A stretch of DNA of 64,000 nucleotides from Prevotellaceae bacterium UBA4332. Its GTDB lineage: Bacteria > Bacteroidota > Bacteroidia > Bacteroidales > Bacteroidaceae. Location: assembly GCA_002394365.1 (NCBI GenBank), contig DGTQ01000017.1:188-64187 (forward strand), written 5' to 3'. The notes beneath the pieces were generated by a model, which worked only from the letters and a program-made list of their open reading frames with translations, searched no databases and had not been told where the DNA came from. Below, one piece after another: positions 36,014 through 45,789 of this stretch. A program made the position numbers and the translations under genes. Each line of letters opens with the position of its first letter. Positions within the stretch are counted from its first letter, which is position 1.

Positions 36014-36099
36014 CAATTTTGCAAAAAACTTCTCTTTTTTGCTATATATTTGACATATATCAAGTGTTGTGTACGCACACAGCGCAATTTTGGGCGTTT

Positions 36100-36317
36100 T
36101 ACCACGGATTATTCGGATTTTCACGGATAATCCACTTTATTATATTTTTCTCGCCAAGGAGAAGGACAACCTCTTCGAGGATTTAAGTCCTTGTCAGTAG
36201 TGCCTGCATGTGAGCAAGCTCCTCTGTAGTCACTTCCCCCAAGTCCTTTTGCTGTTCCAGCCTTTGTCCTCCTCTACGCAAAGAGCCAAGGCGCACCTAC
36301 GGTGCTACGCAAGGAGG
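36100..36317 (+). repeat. Family E, copy E2 (core 36159-36274)
   Basis: CACGGATTA-type triplet, TTCTCGCCAAG, GAGAAGGACAA/TTGTCCTCCTC stem, central GAGC-AA-GCTC, TACGCAAAGAGCCAAG. Confidence 0.8.
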
Positions 36318-36601
36318 CTGGCGCATGAAAAAAAGAAAGAGTTATGAGGTTCTTGCGCTCCAGTAGGTGCTCAGTCGCAAAGCGGAGCTTGCTCTAGCAA
36401 GCCAACAAGTTGGAGCGATGAGGTCATGAGGTTATGAGGTGTTATATGGATTAAGGAGTTAGAAGTAGATAGAGGTAGATAGAGGACAAATGTTCCAGTT
36501 CTCTGACTGTTAATCGTAATGTCTTCTCACTCCCTCTCACTCCCCCTAAAGCCTGAGAGCGAAGCGACTTTAAGACCTGACACCAAACTTCACCTTAAAA
36601 T

Positions 36602-36812
36602 CCGCATGGTCTCTTTGCGTAAGCTCCGAAGGAGCGTCTTGGCTCTTTGCGTAGAGATGAAAGACTGCTGTTAAGCAGTGCAGGGATTAGCTTTTGTGGG
36701 CACTGAGAACTGGTTCTCAAGTGAACATGAAAGGTAATAACTGCTTACCTCGTATAGAGGGCTTCATCTCGGCTTGGCGAGAAAAAAGAAAAATCCGAGC
36801 TATCGGTGGTAA
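36602..36812 (-). repeat. Family E, copy E3 (core 36654-36770)
   Basis: About 90% identical to E4 over ~145 bp; GAGATGAA/TTCATCTC stem; central TGAGAAC-TG-GTTCTCA. Confidence 0.85.
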
Positions 36813-37218
36813 AAGACAGTAAAAGGGATTTGTAGCGATTTTATTCGGCGAAATGTTAAATTTTAACAAGCTCAAAAGAGCGAAAACATGCAAAAAACAA
36901 GCACAACAGAACATTCTTTCAAAACTCTTTCTTGCTAATATTCAGCACGTTAGCTACAAAGCAGCAAAAGAGGTTGCAGAAGCAGTACTTCCGCGTTCAG
37001 AACTAATGGTTTTAGGCTCTGGAAGCAGTGGTTCCTCTTGCAGAAGTGGCACTTCTGCAAGGGGAACCGAAAAGTGTTAAAATTGTCGGGGGTGGGGAGA
37101 TTTCTATTCTCCCCAGAAGGGAGAGTTAGAGGGGGCTTAGCACCCACGCGCGGTTACTTAGCAAGGGCACGCGGTTGCTAAGCACCCACGTGCGGTTACT
37201 TAGCACCCGCACAAACAG

Positions 37219-37247
37219 AAAAAGGAACGCCGTTTGGCGTTCCTTTT
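37219..37247 (-). terminator. Intrinsic terminator after the 2808-aa protein
   Basis: AAAAGGAACGCC-GTTT-GGCGTTCCTTTT. Confidence 0.85.
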
Positions 37248-37269
37248 ATCTTCATTGCTACTTTCAGCG

Positions 37270-40200
37270 TCATGGCTCAGGTGTAGGTGCAGGTGCAGGC
37301 GTATCAACCTTATTGCCAACATTCACCTTGGCATCACCCGTCACATCAGCGGCGTTGCCACCACCATATACATTGCCGCGTATGTCAACACCCTCAACGG
37401 GAACGTCTTTGAGAGGCTCAGCCTCACCACTCGCCTTTGTTTCGAAGTTGATGGTGCCCAACGTGCCGATGTTGACAGTGGTGTTACCTATAACCTTGGC
37501 AGCATTACCACCACCGAAGACGTTGCCTATGGCACCTATCTTGGTCTTTACGTGGGCAGGCAGGTTTACGGTGTGAGTAGCAACGACATCACCAGTCTCC
37601 TCGTCCACTTCCTCTATCGTCATGTCCTTGCCTTTGAAGCCTGTATCGTTATAGTCACCGGTAGTAGGATAGTTGGTTGGAGTGCCCACCACTTCGTTGA
37701 TGTTCACCACTGGGTTACCCACCATCACGGCAGTCTCACCAAAGCCGCCGCCGTATATGTTGCCTATGCTGGTAAACGACTTCACGTTCACCTGCGGGTT
37801 AGCGTAGAGAGGAGCATCACCGCTTTGCTTTATCGTGCCGTCATCGTTATAGCCGTAAACGGAATAGGCAGCCTCGTTGCCGCCGCCGTACAGCTCACCT
37901 ATTATGATAGGTCGGCAACCCGTCTCCTCTATGTTCACGGTTATTGAGCCCTTGATGGTTCCGCTTTCGTTGTTGCCGCCGAACACGCGCTCATACGTAC
38001 CGTTGGTTATGTTCAGCGTCACGTCACCGTTCATGTCGGCAGCCTCGGCACCGCCATACACAGCCTTCAGTCCTGGGATACAGCCTATGCGTAGCTCAGC
38101 CACGGCATCCATCGGAGCACTCTTGCCACCGCCGTAAGCCTCGTCAACGCAGAAGCCACAACCGTCGTCCGCCTCATCCAGCGTAGTCACGGCAGTCTGC
38201 CTTACGTTACCCTTGGTGTTAGAACCACCGAACACCTTGTGTATTGTTCCGCCATAGATGTTCACCTCAGCCATGCCCGTACCATACGCGTAAGCACTCG
38301 CTCTCCTTTCCTCCTTTGTGTCCATCTCCTCACTGGTCTCCACAGCAGAGTAGTCGTAGTAGCCCACGTTAGCACCAGGGTTCGCCTTGGTAACACCGTT
38401 AATGGTTATGTCATCCTTACCGTTACCGCCTCCGAACACCTCGTCTATCTCGTATGTGCCGTTTACAGTAACGCTCGTAGCAGGTGTAGATGCAGCGTTG
38501 CCGCCTCCATACACCTGTTTGATACTGGTGCGCTCACAACCGTCGATAATCACCTCCGTCTTGTTGTTCACAAGGTCGGCAGGCTCATATTTCGCAAGGT
38601 TACCACCGCCATACACAGCCTTCAGGTCATAGCGTCCCTTTACCTTTGCTGTCTTGTCGCCCTCCTCAGGGTTGGCAATGGTTGTAGCCGCCTCGTTCTG
38701 CGTTGCGTAGATGTGCACCGTCACGTCGCCGAGCGGCGTACCGTTCAGGTTGTTGCAACCGAAGATGCTGCCCTTCACCACGCAACCCTTTGCGTCAGCT
38801 GCAACGTCCTTGTTCAGCTCCACAGTGGCATTGCCCACCGTAGCCGCCACGCCGTCCGTGATGTTGCCTTCGTCATCCGTCTCCAACGTGCCTCTGCCGC
38901 CGCCATACACATTATTATTTATAGTGCCGCCAAGCAGTGACACCTTGGTGTCGCCCGTCACGTTCGACTGCTCACCGCCACCATACACATTGCCTGCCAC
39001 GGTAGTGGTGCCGTTAATGGTGAGCGTAGCATTGCCCGTCACCGTGCCGAGGTGGGTCAAGTCCTCTGTTGTATAGAGAATATGATTTGTGTTATCCACC
39101 CATGAGTCGCCTGTCTTTTTTTGCCAAGTATAGGTCGTTGTAGAGCCTTTTACACCCTCACGATAAGTTCCAAGATCTTGGTAGTAGTAAGGTTCCGTTG
39201 TAAAACCTGTAGCATCCACCTCAACAGAAGGCAGAGATGCCGAGAATCCTGCACCAAAGGCACTGCCCTGAACCTCGCAATTAGTCAGTGTGGAGGTCAC
39301 GGGACCATCTACTTTGCCCAGACTGCCGCCACCATAGAAATTGCCAGTGATTTTGCATCCTGTCAGTGTTGAAGTGACATCGCGGCAGATAGCCAATGAA
39401 AATTTCACATATTCCACATAGATACGTCCACAGTTGTCGGCATTACCAGACATAGGCAGGAATTGGTAGCTGAACTGAGTGGAAACGCCATCATATGTGC
39501 TGCTATAGGACTGAGTGTAGAATCGTCCCAACCACGCATTCCATGAAGCATCATTGCCAGCCTGACTATCATTATGAGGGAAGTTTATCATATTGTTATG
39601 GTTCCTCGGTGCTTGGCGACTGTAGGAGTTGCCACCATAGCCTGCACCAAAGAAGGTTCCAAAGATGCAATTCGTTGCATTGGTGGTAACAGTCTTGCCA
39701 GTACTCATATCACCAAACTTAGGACCACCGCAGAAGAGGTCAATCTTTCCACCAGTTATAGTGGTGTTGAGGTTGCCGGTGACGGGTTTGGCTGCATTGA
39801 TGCCACCTGCGTAGAATTCCCGAATGTCGGCATTTTGCACTTGCCAAGTGATATTGCCTGTATTGTCTGCTCCTTTAGCTTTACCAATACCCTCCATAGC
39901 AGCTCCAGCAACAATGCCAAAGCGGCCACCGTTAATATAGCACTCCGCATTGTCGGCATAACTGGCGACATTGGCAGTATAGAGGCCAGTGAGGTAGAAT
40001 TTGTCATAGTCACCGCCAGTAACCGATACAGGCGGATGTTTTGAATCATGAGATTGATCTTGGTGAGTACCCCGATGGAACTCCTTAAACCATACATTAC
40101 CACCCACATGGAAATAAGTGGTTTTATTGGATCTTCCTCCACTTTGTCCACTCACCCACTGCTCCATAACACCACCTTGCAAAATCAAAGGTGCTTCGAC

Positions 40201-43200
40201 ACGACTGCTGTTGTCGTACTCTAACTGCGTGACGTGGAAGAGTGAGGTATTGGTAGTTTCGAACCAATATAGAGGTTGGAAAATACCTTGATTGTAGGAA
40301 CCCGTACCACCCGTAGATTTCTGTGCCATACCAAGACCCACGATATTCAGGAAGTCCCACTTCGCGGGATGCAACCTGTTACGACCATCATTACGCAACA
40401 TTAGAGAATAGTCTGGCTCATTGTCATGGTCAAGATCGATGGTGGTAACTGTATATTTATAATTACTGCCAATGGCCACGTTATTTCCCGTATATTGATG
40501 GACATTCCCCACAAGTACGACAGCGTAGTCATGAACCGAATTGTCTGTGGGTTTATAAAGTCCATTAGCATTGGTAACTGCTTCACTGATTGAAGTAAAG
40601 ACTCTCTGTTGTTCGCCAGCGATATTATAATTGGTATTGTTTGTGTACTTTTGTCCGCCGCCTACATTAGAAACATCGTAGGCTTCAGTCATCTTGGTAT
40701 TGTATACCACATCAGGATAGGCATCAGCAACATATGCCGCCTTAGCCCAGTAAGGCTCAATGGTTATTGCCGTCACACCTTCCGGCACGTCCCAGTATGC
40801 ACCCTGATTGAACACCCTCTTGCTGGTGCTGTAGAGGTCTTTGTTGGTACACTGGCGGTCAGCAAAGTTATATGCAGGTGCATCGTCACCAGTACTATAA
40901 GTACCAGGCGTACCACCAGTGATGCTGACAATCTTCCATCCCGTTACCACACGATTGCCTGTATAGTTCTTTGTGCCCACATCGTTATAGTAAGGCAGCT
41001 GCACCTTATAGTAGTTGAAGTTGAAGTGGTCGGGGTCCTTGTCGGTGATGTTGAGCGTCAGCGAAGGATAGACAATCTCCGCCCCAGTAGGATGTTCGAA
41101 CTGCGCTCCGTCGCCCATCCGTATGGTAACGGCAAGCGTACCCATATTGCCGCCCTTGTTGCGCTCAGTATATGCAGGCGCATTCTCTGCATCGATGTTA
41201 ACTACTGAGGGATAGTAGCCCGGCTTGGCAAGAACAGGGTAGGGAGTAGAAGAGCCAATCTGTGAGGGCAGCAGTACCCACTTCGCCATCTCTTCCTTGT
41301 CGGAATAGTCACCCGTTGCCCACCAGGCTGCAAGTTCACGGTGGCTGTTCTGCAGATGACGGAAGAACTCGAAACGCTGCAGGAAACGTGTCTCGGCACC
41401 GAGGGCACAGTTATATTTCTTGTTTATGGCTGTATTCTGAATGTAGGCAGACTCGAGACGGAAGTAGTTGAAATTGCTGACACCCGTATTGTCGCCCACA
41501 TTAGTGATAATATAACCGTGATATATAGGAGCTATCGAATCGCCGCTCACCTCACCGTAGAACATGCAGTTCATCACCATGGTCTTGAGGTTTCGGGCGG
41601 TTGTGACAACATTATTGTAACCCACTATACCACCAACATGAGTACCTCCGGAGACATTGGCGTAGCTGAAGCAGTTGATGACGCGCGCCGAGCCGTCGAG
41701 CAGTCCCACGAGTCCGCCCACATAGTTGGAGCCGCTCACCGTGCTGCTGCATGAGGTGATGTGCGTATATCCGCTGTTGTCAATCCTCACCGTGCTGTTT
41801 GTGGCGAGTATGCCGCAGTTGTATATGCGTGTGTCACCCCTTGCCTCGTTGCAGATGGCACCAACGTTGGTGCCTCCGCTGATGCTTACGTTGTCGAGCA
41901 TCAGGTTTTTAATACTTGCGCCGTCAGCGTATGCCACGAACGGAGTACTTAAGCCGCTGAACGTATGGTACTGTCCGTCAATCACGCCAGTGAACGGTGC
42001 GGAGCTCGTTCCGAGCGAGGTAAAGCCAGATTCAAACGTAAAGTCCTCTGCAAGGAGGTAGTGACCGTTCATGTCGGTCATCTCTGACGAACTGTGTATT
42101 TCCAATGGCGCAGGGACAATCTCAAGCCACAGTGTCTGTACATTTGTGCCTTGGTCGCCAGCTGTTGCAGCTTCTGCTTGCTCGGCAAGTGACGTAAACG
42201 GCGTAATACCGCTGAACGCCACCACCTTGGTATGGTCAAAGCGAGGCATGAGGCGCATGTTGCCGTTGGCATCGCCCACTACCATGAAGGTGGCATTGGT
42301 GATGTTGAGCGTAGTCTGGTCGTAGCCTGTAGCAGTCTGCTTGGTGTTGAGGTTCTGCAGCGTCACTGCGCTTGAAGTGCCAGCCCATGTTCCAGCGGTA
42401 AGTGCCGGTGACGAAGTGTTGGCTGTGAAGTAACGCTTGGTATTATACTTACTCTGTATCTGCACATTATAAGGGTCGAAGCCGTTCTTGCCGGCATCAT
42501 AATAGTCTTGCTCGGTTTCGTTCTTACTCTTCGCTTCTGCCTGAGCACCCGACTCGCCTGCATAGCGGTAGCCCATCTCACGGTCGATGTCGAAGTATGG
42601 TCTCAGGTACCATTGCATATCTTCATCAGCCTCCTCAATACTGGCTGGTGCCGCGGCAGCCTCAACGATAGAGCCTGAGGTCTTGGCATATTTACCGCCC
42701 TGCATCAGCAAGAAGGATGAAGGCTGTGTGGCATCAGCCGTTGCTGCTCCTGTATAGGTGCTGGTGTAGCGTGGCTTCACGGTGTAGGTAACGTAGAAGT
42801 CGGTCTTCACGCTCTTATCCTGAACGGGTGATGTTATGTGGAGATATGGTATATCAGCGAGCGATGTTGAATTATGAGTCGTCCTTCTTCCATTATCCAC
42901 CCATTTGTTTTTTTCGTTAAGTTCATATATAACAATATCAGGATCGCTGACCCTATACTTGTGGTAGCCCGTATATTTCTCAGCTTTTGGGTACCACTGG
43001 TATTCCGCTACCATTGGACTGTTAAATTTGCTCAGTTCTTCTGTGTTTACAGCTGTCAAAGCCGCATCTGTGTACATTGGCACACGCATGACCTCCCATC
43101 CGTGTTGGTCAAGCAGGATGACCTGCGGAGCCAGTGACACTTCCTCAAAGGTGAACTGACCTGAACCCATCGAGATGGTCTGATACCAGTGCGTCTCTTC

Positions 43201-45696
43201 GTGTAATGTTTTGGAGCCTCCTCCCCATGGGGCAGAGTAAGCCCAGGAGGTGAACCTATGCCATCCCTTTTCAGTCAGCGTCGTGTTATCCGCGGCAGGT
43301 ACGTCATCTCCCCCCACGAGGCTCTTCACCGTTGGGTTGTTCTTCCAATACTGCTCGAAACTATTGACTATCCTACGCTCGCCCTCTACTTCATAGAATG
43401 TCTTGAGCGTCATATTCTGCAGCGATGTGCCGAGAATCATGTACTCCGTTGGCTGACCATTGACCATGGACGACGGCATCATTGCAGGGTAAGCCTCTTT
43501 ATAAGCCACATTTTCGTATGCTATGTTAGTTACCACCGATGCATAGCCGCTGGGCTTATAGGTTTGCAGGTAAGAACTGCCGGTACCATAGTTAACGTCT
43601 GTCGTTGTTGGTTTACCATTAACTTTTTCTTTGTCCTTGACCGTATGGTTCTGGTAAGATTTGAAGACCACATGGTAGGGGTCAACATTGGCACCTGTCA
43701 GGTCAACACCATCATGGCGGCTCTTGATGTACCACAGCCAACGTGAACGGGTGGAGGCACCGCTGGACAACTGATTGTCCCACTGCGCCTGTCCATAGAC
43801 ATAGAGGTTGAAGTCACCGTTGTTGTATGGATATATAGCCTTGGTGGGTGTGTCAAGGATGCCATCAGAGCCGTTCTCCTGATTGAAACTCTCGCCGTCG
43901 CTGAACTTCATCAGGTAAGTCTTAGTGCCCTCAAGGTCTATGGCATCGCTTACGTCATAGTTTACGTAGATGTCGCCGCCATTACCCACGTCAAAAGGAC
44001 TGGTGATGGTATTGCTAAGGGTATATACGCCGCCATCAATACTTGCCGTGCTGTAGTAATGGTATTCTGAAACCAACGGGCTTGTCCACTCGCTTGGCAC
44101 CGCAAGCTCTGCCGATGAACTCGGAATATCTGCTATAAGCTTTCCTGCCTTGTCGATAAGGTGGTAGGTCGTGGAGATACTATACGGATAGGCACGTATC
44201 TCAGCTTTGGAGAAGTCATTGGAGCCTACAGCCATCAGCTGCACCTGCTCGTAAGTAGTGCCACTGCCAGCCATCAGTATGAACTTGGTGGTTGCAGTGG
44301 CTGCAACCGACAGCGTGGGTGGCGTGGAGAACACAAGGTAGCGGTGGTCAGTGTCGAGGTTCTTTATCTGCACGTCGTAGGGGTCATTGCCGCCGATGTT
44401 CCACAGGTGATTTGCCTGTGAGAGTGTGGAAACGCCAGAGTCGTAAGCAAGAGTGCCGCTGTTGTCATAAGCATAATTGTCGCCGACCTTGATATTGAAG
44501 GCACGCGCACCACGCAGATGCAGGAATTTCTCCGACAGTAGGTCAGTGGTATAGGTAACGTAGATGTTGGCATCAGCCTCGGGCGTTGCGGTAATCTTCA
44601 CCTCGTCGGTGAGCTGGTCAGGAGAGGTGTATACCTCGCTGAATGTGTAGAACGATGCCGCCTCGCCATCAAGGTAGCTGCTGCGGATGTCAGCAGGAAT
44701 ATCATCTACAGTGGTGAGCGACTTGCCGACAGACTGTGTCACCTCTTTCTTTATTGCCACATTGCCGGAACGGTTTATAATATAATAGGTGTAGGTCTGC
44801 AAAGGCAGACTCACGACGATGGACACTTTGCTATTATCGCTTGTTTTCACGGCGATTGCCTTGACAGCCGTCATACCCGCCGTAGGAGTAATGGCACCAG
44901 TGTATGTGGTGCTCTCCGCTGTAGGCGTATCACCGTTGGTCGTATAGTGTATGGTAGTGCCCTCGTCTGCCGTTATGGTAATGTCGCCAGCGGCACTGAC
45001 GCTGAACGCTGGCGGGGCAACGGTCTCTTCGAGCCGCCATACGGAGTTTTTATCAGTATCACTGTTATAGACTCCGATAAGACCGCTATAATAAGGTGAG
45101 TTTCCTCCACCGTAGTATTGAGCCTGATTACCGCCTGCGGGGTTAAGGAAACGGTTGCCGCTGCTTATGCTTAGGCTTATGGGGCGCATAGACACGCCCG
45201 AGCCGCTTTCCTGAATGTCAAACTTGGCATCGTCGCCAGGCGTAGCTACGGTTTCCAGGTGCACAGCCTTTCTGTGTGAAGTATTGCCTGTATATACAGC
45301 CTTATATAACAGGTATTTGCCCGTAAGCCAGTGCTTGATATAGTAATATCCGTCACCAGCATCCACTATCTGCCACAACGAGTTGTTGTCACGATTGGTC
45401 TGGTAGGTTGTGACAAACGGCTTCTCGGGGTCGCCCTTGGCAAGAGAATAGTTTGCCGAATAGTAGGCATCCTCATAATCTGGTCTTTGGGGGTTTGCAG
45501 CAGGCACCCAATAGAAGTTATTGGCAACATTGCTGGGACTGTACCCATTGTTACCAGCTATATAGTACGTTCCCGAATAGTCAACAGCCCACGCCTCACT
45601 GCCTACTGCAAGGAGCAGTATTAAATTGAAGATTCTTGCTTTGGCAAGCCAACAAGTTGGAGCGGAAAAATGAAAATTGAAAATCTTTTTCATCAT
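37270..45696 (-). CDS. Giant secreted repeat protein (2808 aa): beta-trefoil-like, CHB_HEX-C-like, GLUG-like motifs and C-terminal (V/I/F)YGGG beta-solenoid
   Basis: Signal peptide ending AWA; WQIVDAGDGYYYIK; TTIHYTTNGDTPT; NYVGGLVG / HVGGIVGYN; about 20 xxV(Y/F)GGG repeats in the last ~950 aa; ends TPAPAPTPEP with no recognisable T9SS CTD. Confidence 0.8.
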   Translation of the reverse strand: MMKKIFNFHFSAPTCWLAKARIFNLILLLAVGSEAWAVDYSGTYYIAGNNGYSPSNVANNFYWVPAANPQRPDYEDAYYSANYSLAKGDPEKPFVTTYQTNRDNNSLWQIVDAGDGYYYIKHWLTGKYLLYKAVYTGNTSHRKAVHLETVATPGDDAKFDIQESGSGVSMRPISLSISSGNRFLNPAGGNQAQYYGGGNSPYYSGLIGVYNSDTDKNSVWRLEETVAPPAFSVSAAGDITITADEGTTIHYTTNGDTPTAESTTYTGAITPTAGMTAVKAIAVKTSDNSKVSIVVSLPLQTYTYYIINRSGNVAIKKEVTQSVGKSLTTVDDIPADIRSSYLDGEAASFYTFSEVYTSPDQLTDEVKITATPEADANIYVTYTTDLLSEKFLHLRGARAFNIKVGDNYAYDNSGTLAYDSGVSTLSQANHLWNIGGNDPYDVQIKNLDTDHRYLVFSTPPTLSVAATATTKFILMAGSGTTYEQVQLMAVGSNDFSKAEIRAYPYSISTTYHLIDKAGKLIADIPSSSAELAVPSEWTSPLVSEYHYYSTASIDGGVYTLSNTITSPFDVGNGGDIYVNYDVSDAIDLEGTKTYLMKFSDGESFNQENGSDGILDTPTKAIYPYNNGDFNLYVYGQAQWDNQLSSGASTRSRWLWYIKSRHDGVDLTGANVDPYHVVFKSYQNHTVKDKEKVNGKPTTTDVNYGTGSSYLQTYKPSGYASVVTNIAYENVAYKEAYPAMMPSSMVNGQPTEYMILGTSLQNMTLKTFYEVEGERRIVNSFEQYWKNNPTVKSLVGGDDVPAADNTTLTEKGWHRFTSWAYSAPWGGGSKTLHEETHWYQTISMGSGQFTFEEVSLAPQVILLDQHGWEVMRVPMYTDAALTAVNTEELSKFNSPMVAEYQWYPKAEKYTGYHKYRVSDPDIVIYELNEKNKWVDNGRRTTHNSTSLADIPYLHITSPVQDKSVKTDFYVTYTVKPRYTSTYTGAATADATQPSSFLLMQGGKYAKTSGSIVEAAAAPASIEEADEDMQWYLRPYFDIDREMGYRYAGESGAQAEAKSKNETEQDYYDAGKNGFDPYNVQIQSKYNTKRYFTANTSSPALTAGTWAGTSSAVTLQNLNTKQTATGYDQTTLNITNATFMVVGDANGNMRLMPRFDHTKVVAFSGITPFTSLAEQAEAATAGDQGTNVQTLWLEIVPAPLEIHSSSEMTDMNGHYLLAEDFTFESGFTSLGTSSAPFTGVIDGQYHTFSGLSTPFVAYADGASIKNLMLDNVSISGGTNVGAICNEARGDTRIYNCGILATNSTVRIDNSGYTHITSCSSTVSGSNYVGGLVGLLDGSARVINCFSYANVSGGTHVGGIVGYNNVVTTARNLKTMVMNCMFYGEVSGDSIAPIYHGYIITNVGDNTGVSNFNYFRLESAYIQNTAINKKYNCALGAETRFLQRFEFFRHLQNSHRELAAWWATGDYSDKEEMAKWVLLPSQIGSSTPYPVLAKPGYYPSVVNIDAENAPAYTERNKGGNMGTLAVTIRMGDGAQFEHPTGAEIVYPSLTLNITDKDPDHFNFNYYKVQLPYYNDVGTKNYTGNRVVTGWKIVSITGGTPGTYSTGDDAPAYNFADRQCTNKDLYSTSKRVFNQGAYWDVPEGVTAITIEPYWAKAAYVADAYPDVVYNTKMTEAYDVSNVGGGQKYTNNTNYNIAGEQQRVFTSISEAVTNANGLYKPTDNSVHDYAVVLVGNVHQYTGNNVAIGSNYKYTVTTIDLDHDNEPDYSLMLRNDGRNRLHPAKWDFLNIVGLGMAQKSTGGTGSYNQGIFQPLYWFETTNTSLFHVTQLEYDNSSRVEAPLILQGGVMEQWVSGQSGGRSNKTTYFHVGGNVWFKEFHRGTHQDQSHDSKHPPVSVTGGDYDKFYLTGLYTANVASYADNAECYINGGRFGIVAGAAMEGIGKAKGADNTGNITWQVQNADIREFYAGGINAAKPVTGNLNTTITGGKIDLFCGGPKFGDMSTGKTVTTNATNCIFGTFFGAGYGGNSYSRQAPRNHNNMINFPHNDSQAGNDASWNAWLGRFYTQSYSSTYDGVSTQFSYQFLPMSGNADNCGRIYVEYVKFSLAICRDVTSTLTGCKITGNFYGGGSLGKVDGPVTSTLTNCEVQGSAFGAGFSASLPSVEVDATGFTTEPYYYQDLGTYREGVKGSTTTYTWQKKTGDSWVDNTNHILYTTEDLTHLGTVTGNATLTINGTTTVAGNVYGGGEQSNVTGDTKVSLLGGTINNNVYGGGRGTLETDDEGNITDGVAATVGNATVELNKDVAADAKGCVVKGSIFGCNNLNGTPLGDVTVHIYATQNEAATTIANPEEGDKTAKVKGRYDLKAVYGGGNLAKYEPADLVNNKTEVIIDGCERTSIKQVYGGGNAASTPATSVTVNGTYEIDEVFGGGNGKDDITINGVTKANPGANVGYYDYSAVETSEEMDTKEERRASAYAYGTGMAEVNIYGGTIHKVFGGSNTKGNVRQTAVTTLDEADDGCGFCVDEAYGGGKSAPMDAVAELRIGCIPGLKAVYGGAEAADMNGDVTLNITNGTYERVFGGNNESGTIKGSITVNIEETGCRPIIIGELYGGGNEAAYSVYGYNDDGTIKQSGDAPLYANPQVNVKSFTSIGNIYGGGFGETAVMVGNPVVNINEVVGTPTNYPTTGDYNDTGFKGKDMTIEEVDEETGDVVATHTVNLPAHVKTKIGAIGNVFGGGNAAKVIGNTTVNIGTLGTINFETKASGEAEPLKDVPVEGVDIRGNVYGGGNAADVTGDAKVNVGNKVDTPAPAPTPEP

Positions 45697-45719
45697 CTAT
45701 ATTTTCTTAATTATATACG

Positions 45720-45782
45720 ACCCCACCCCTAACCCTCCCAAAGGGAGGGGGTCTCCCTCTTGGGGAGATTTAGAGGGGGTCA
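45720..45782. repeat. GC-rich palindromic family P (CCCCT...AGGGG); copies also 183-210, 601-715, 22908-22925, 29677-29709, 29773-29805, 31168-31200, 37107-37137
   Basis: CCCTCCCAAAGGGAGGG and TCCCC(C)TTGGGGA hairpins followed by TTAGAGGGGG. Confidence 0.8.
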
Positions 45783-45789
45783 TCTTTTA

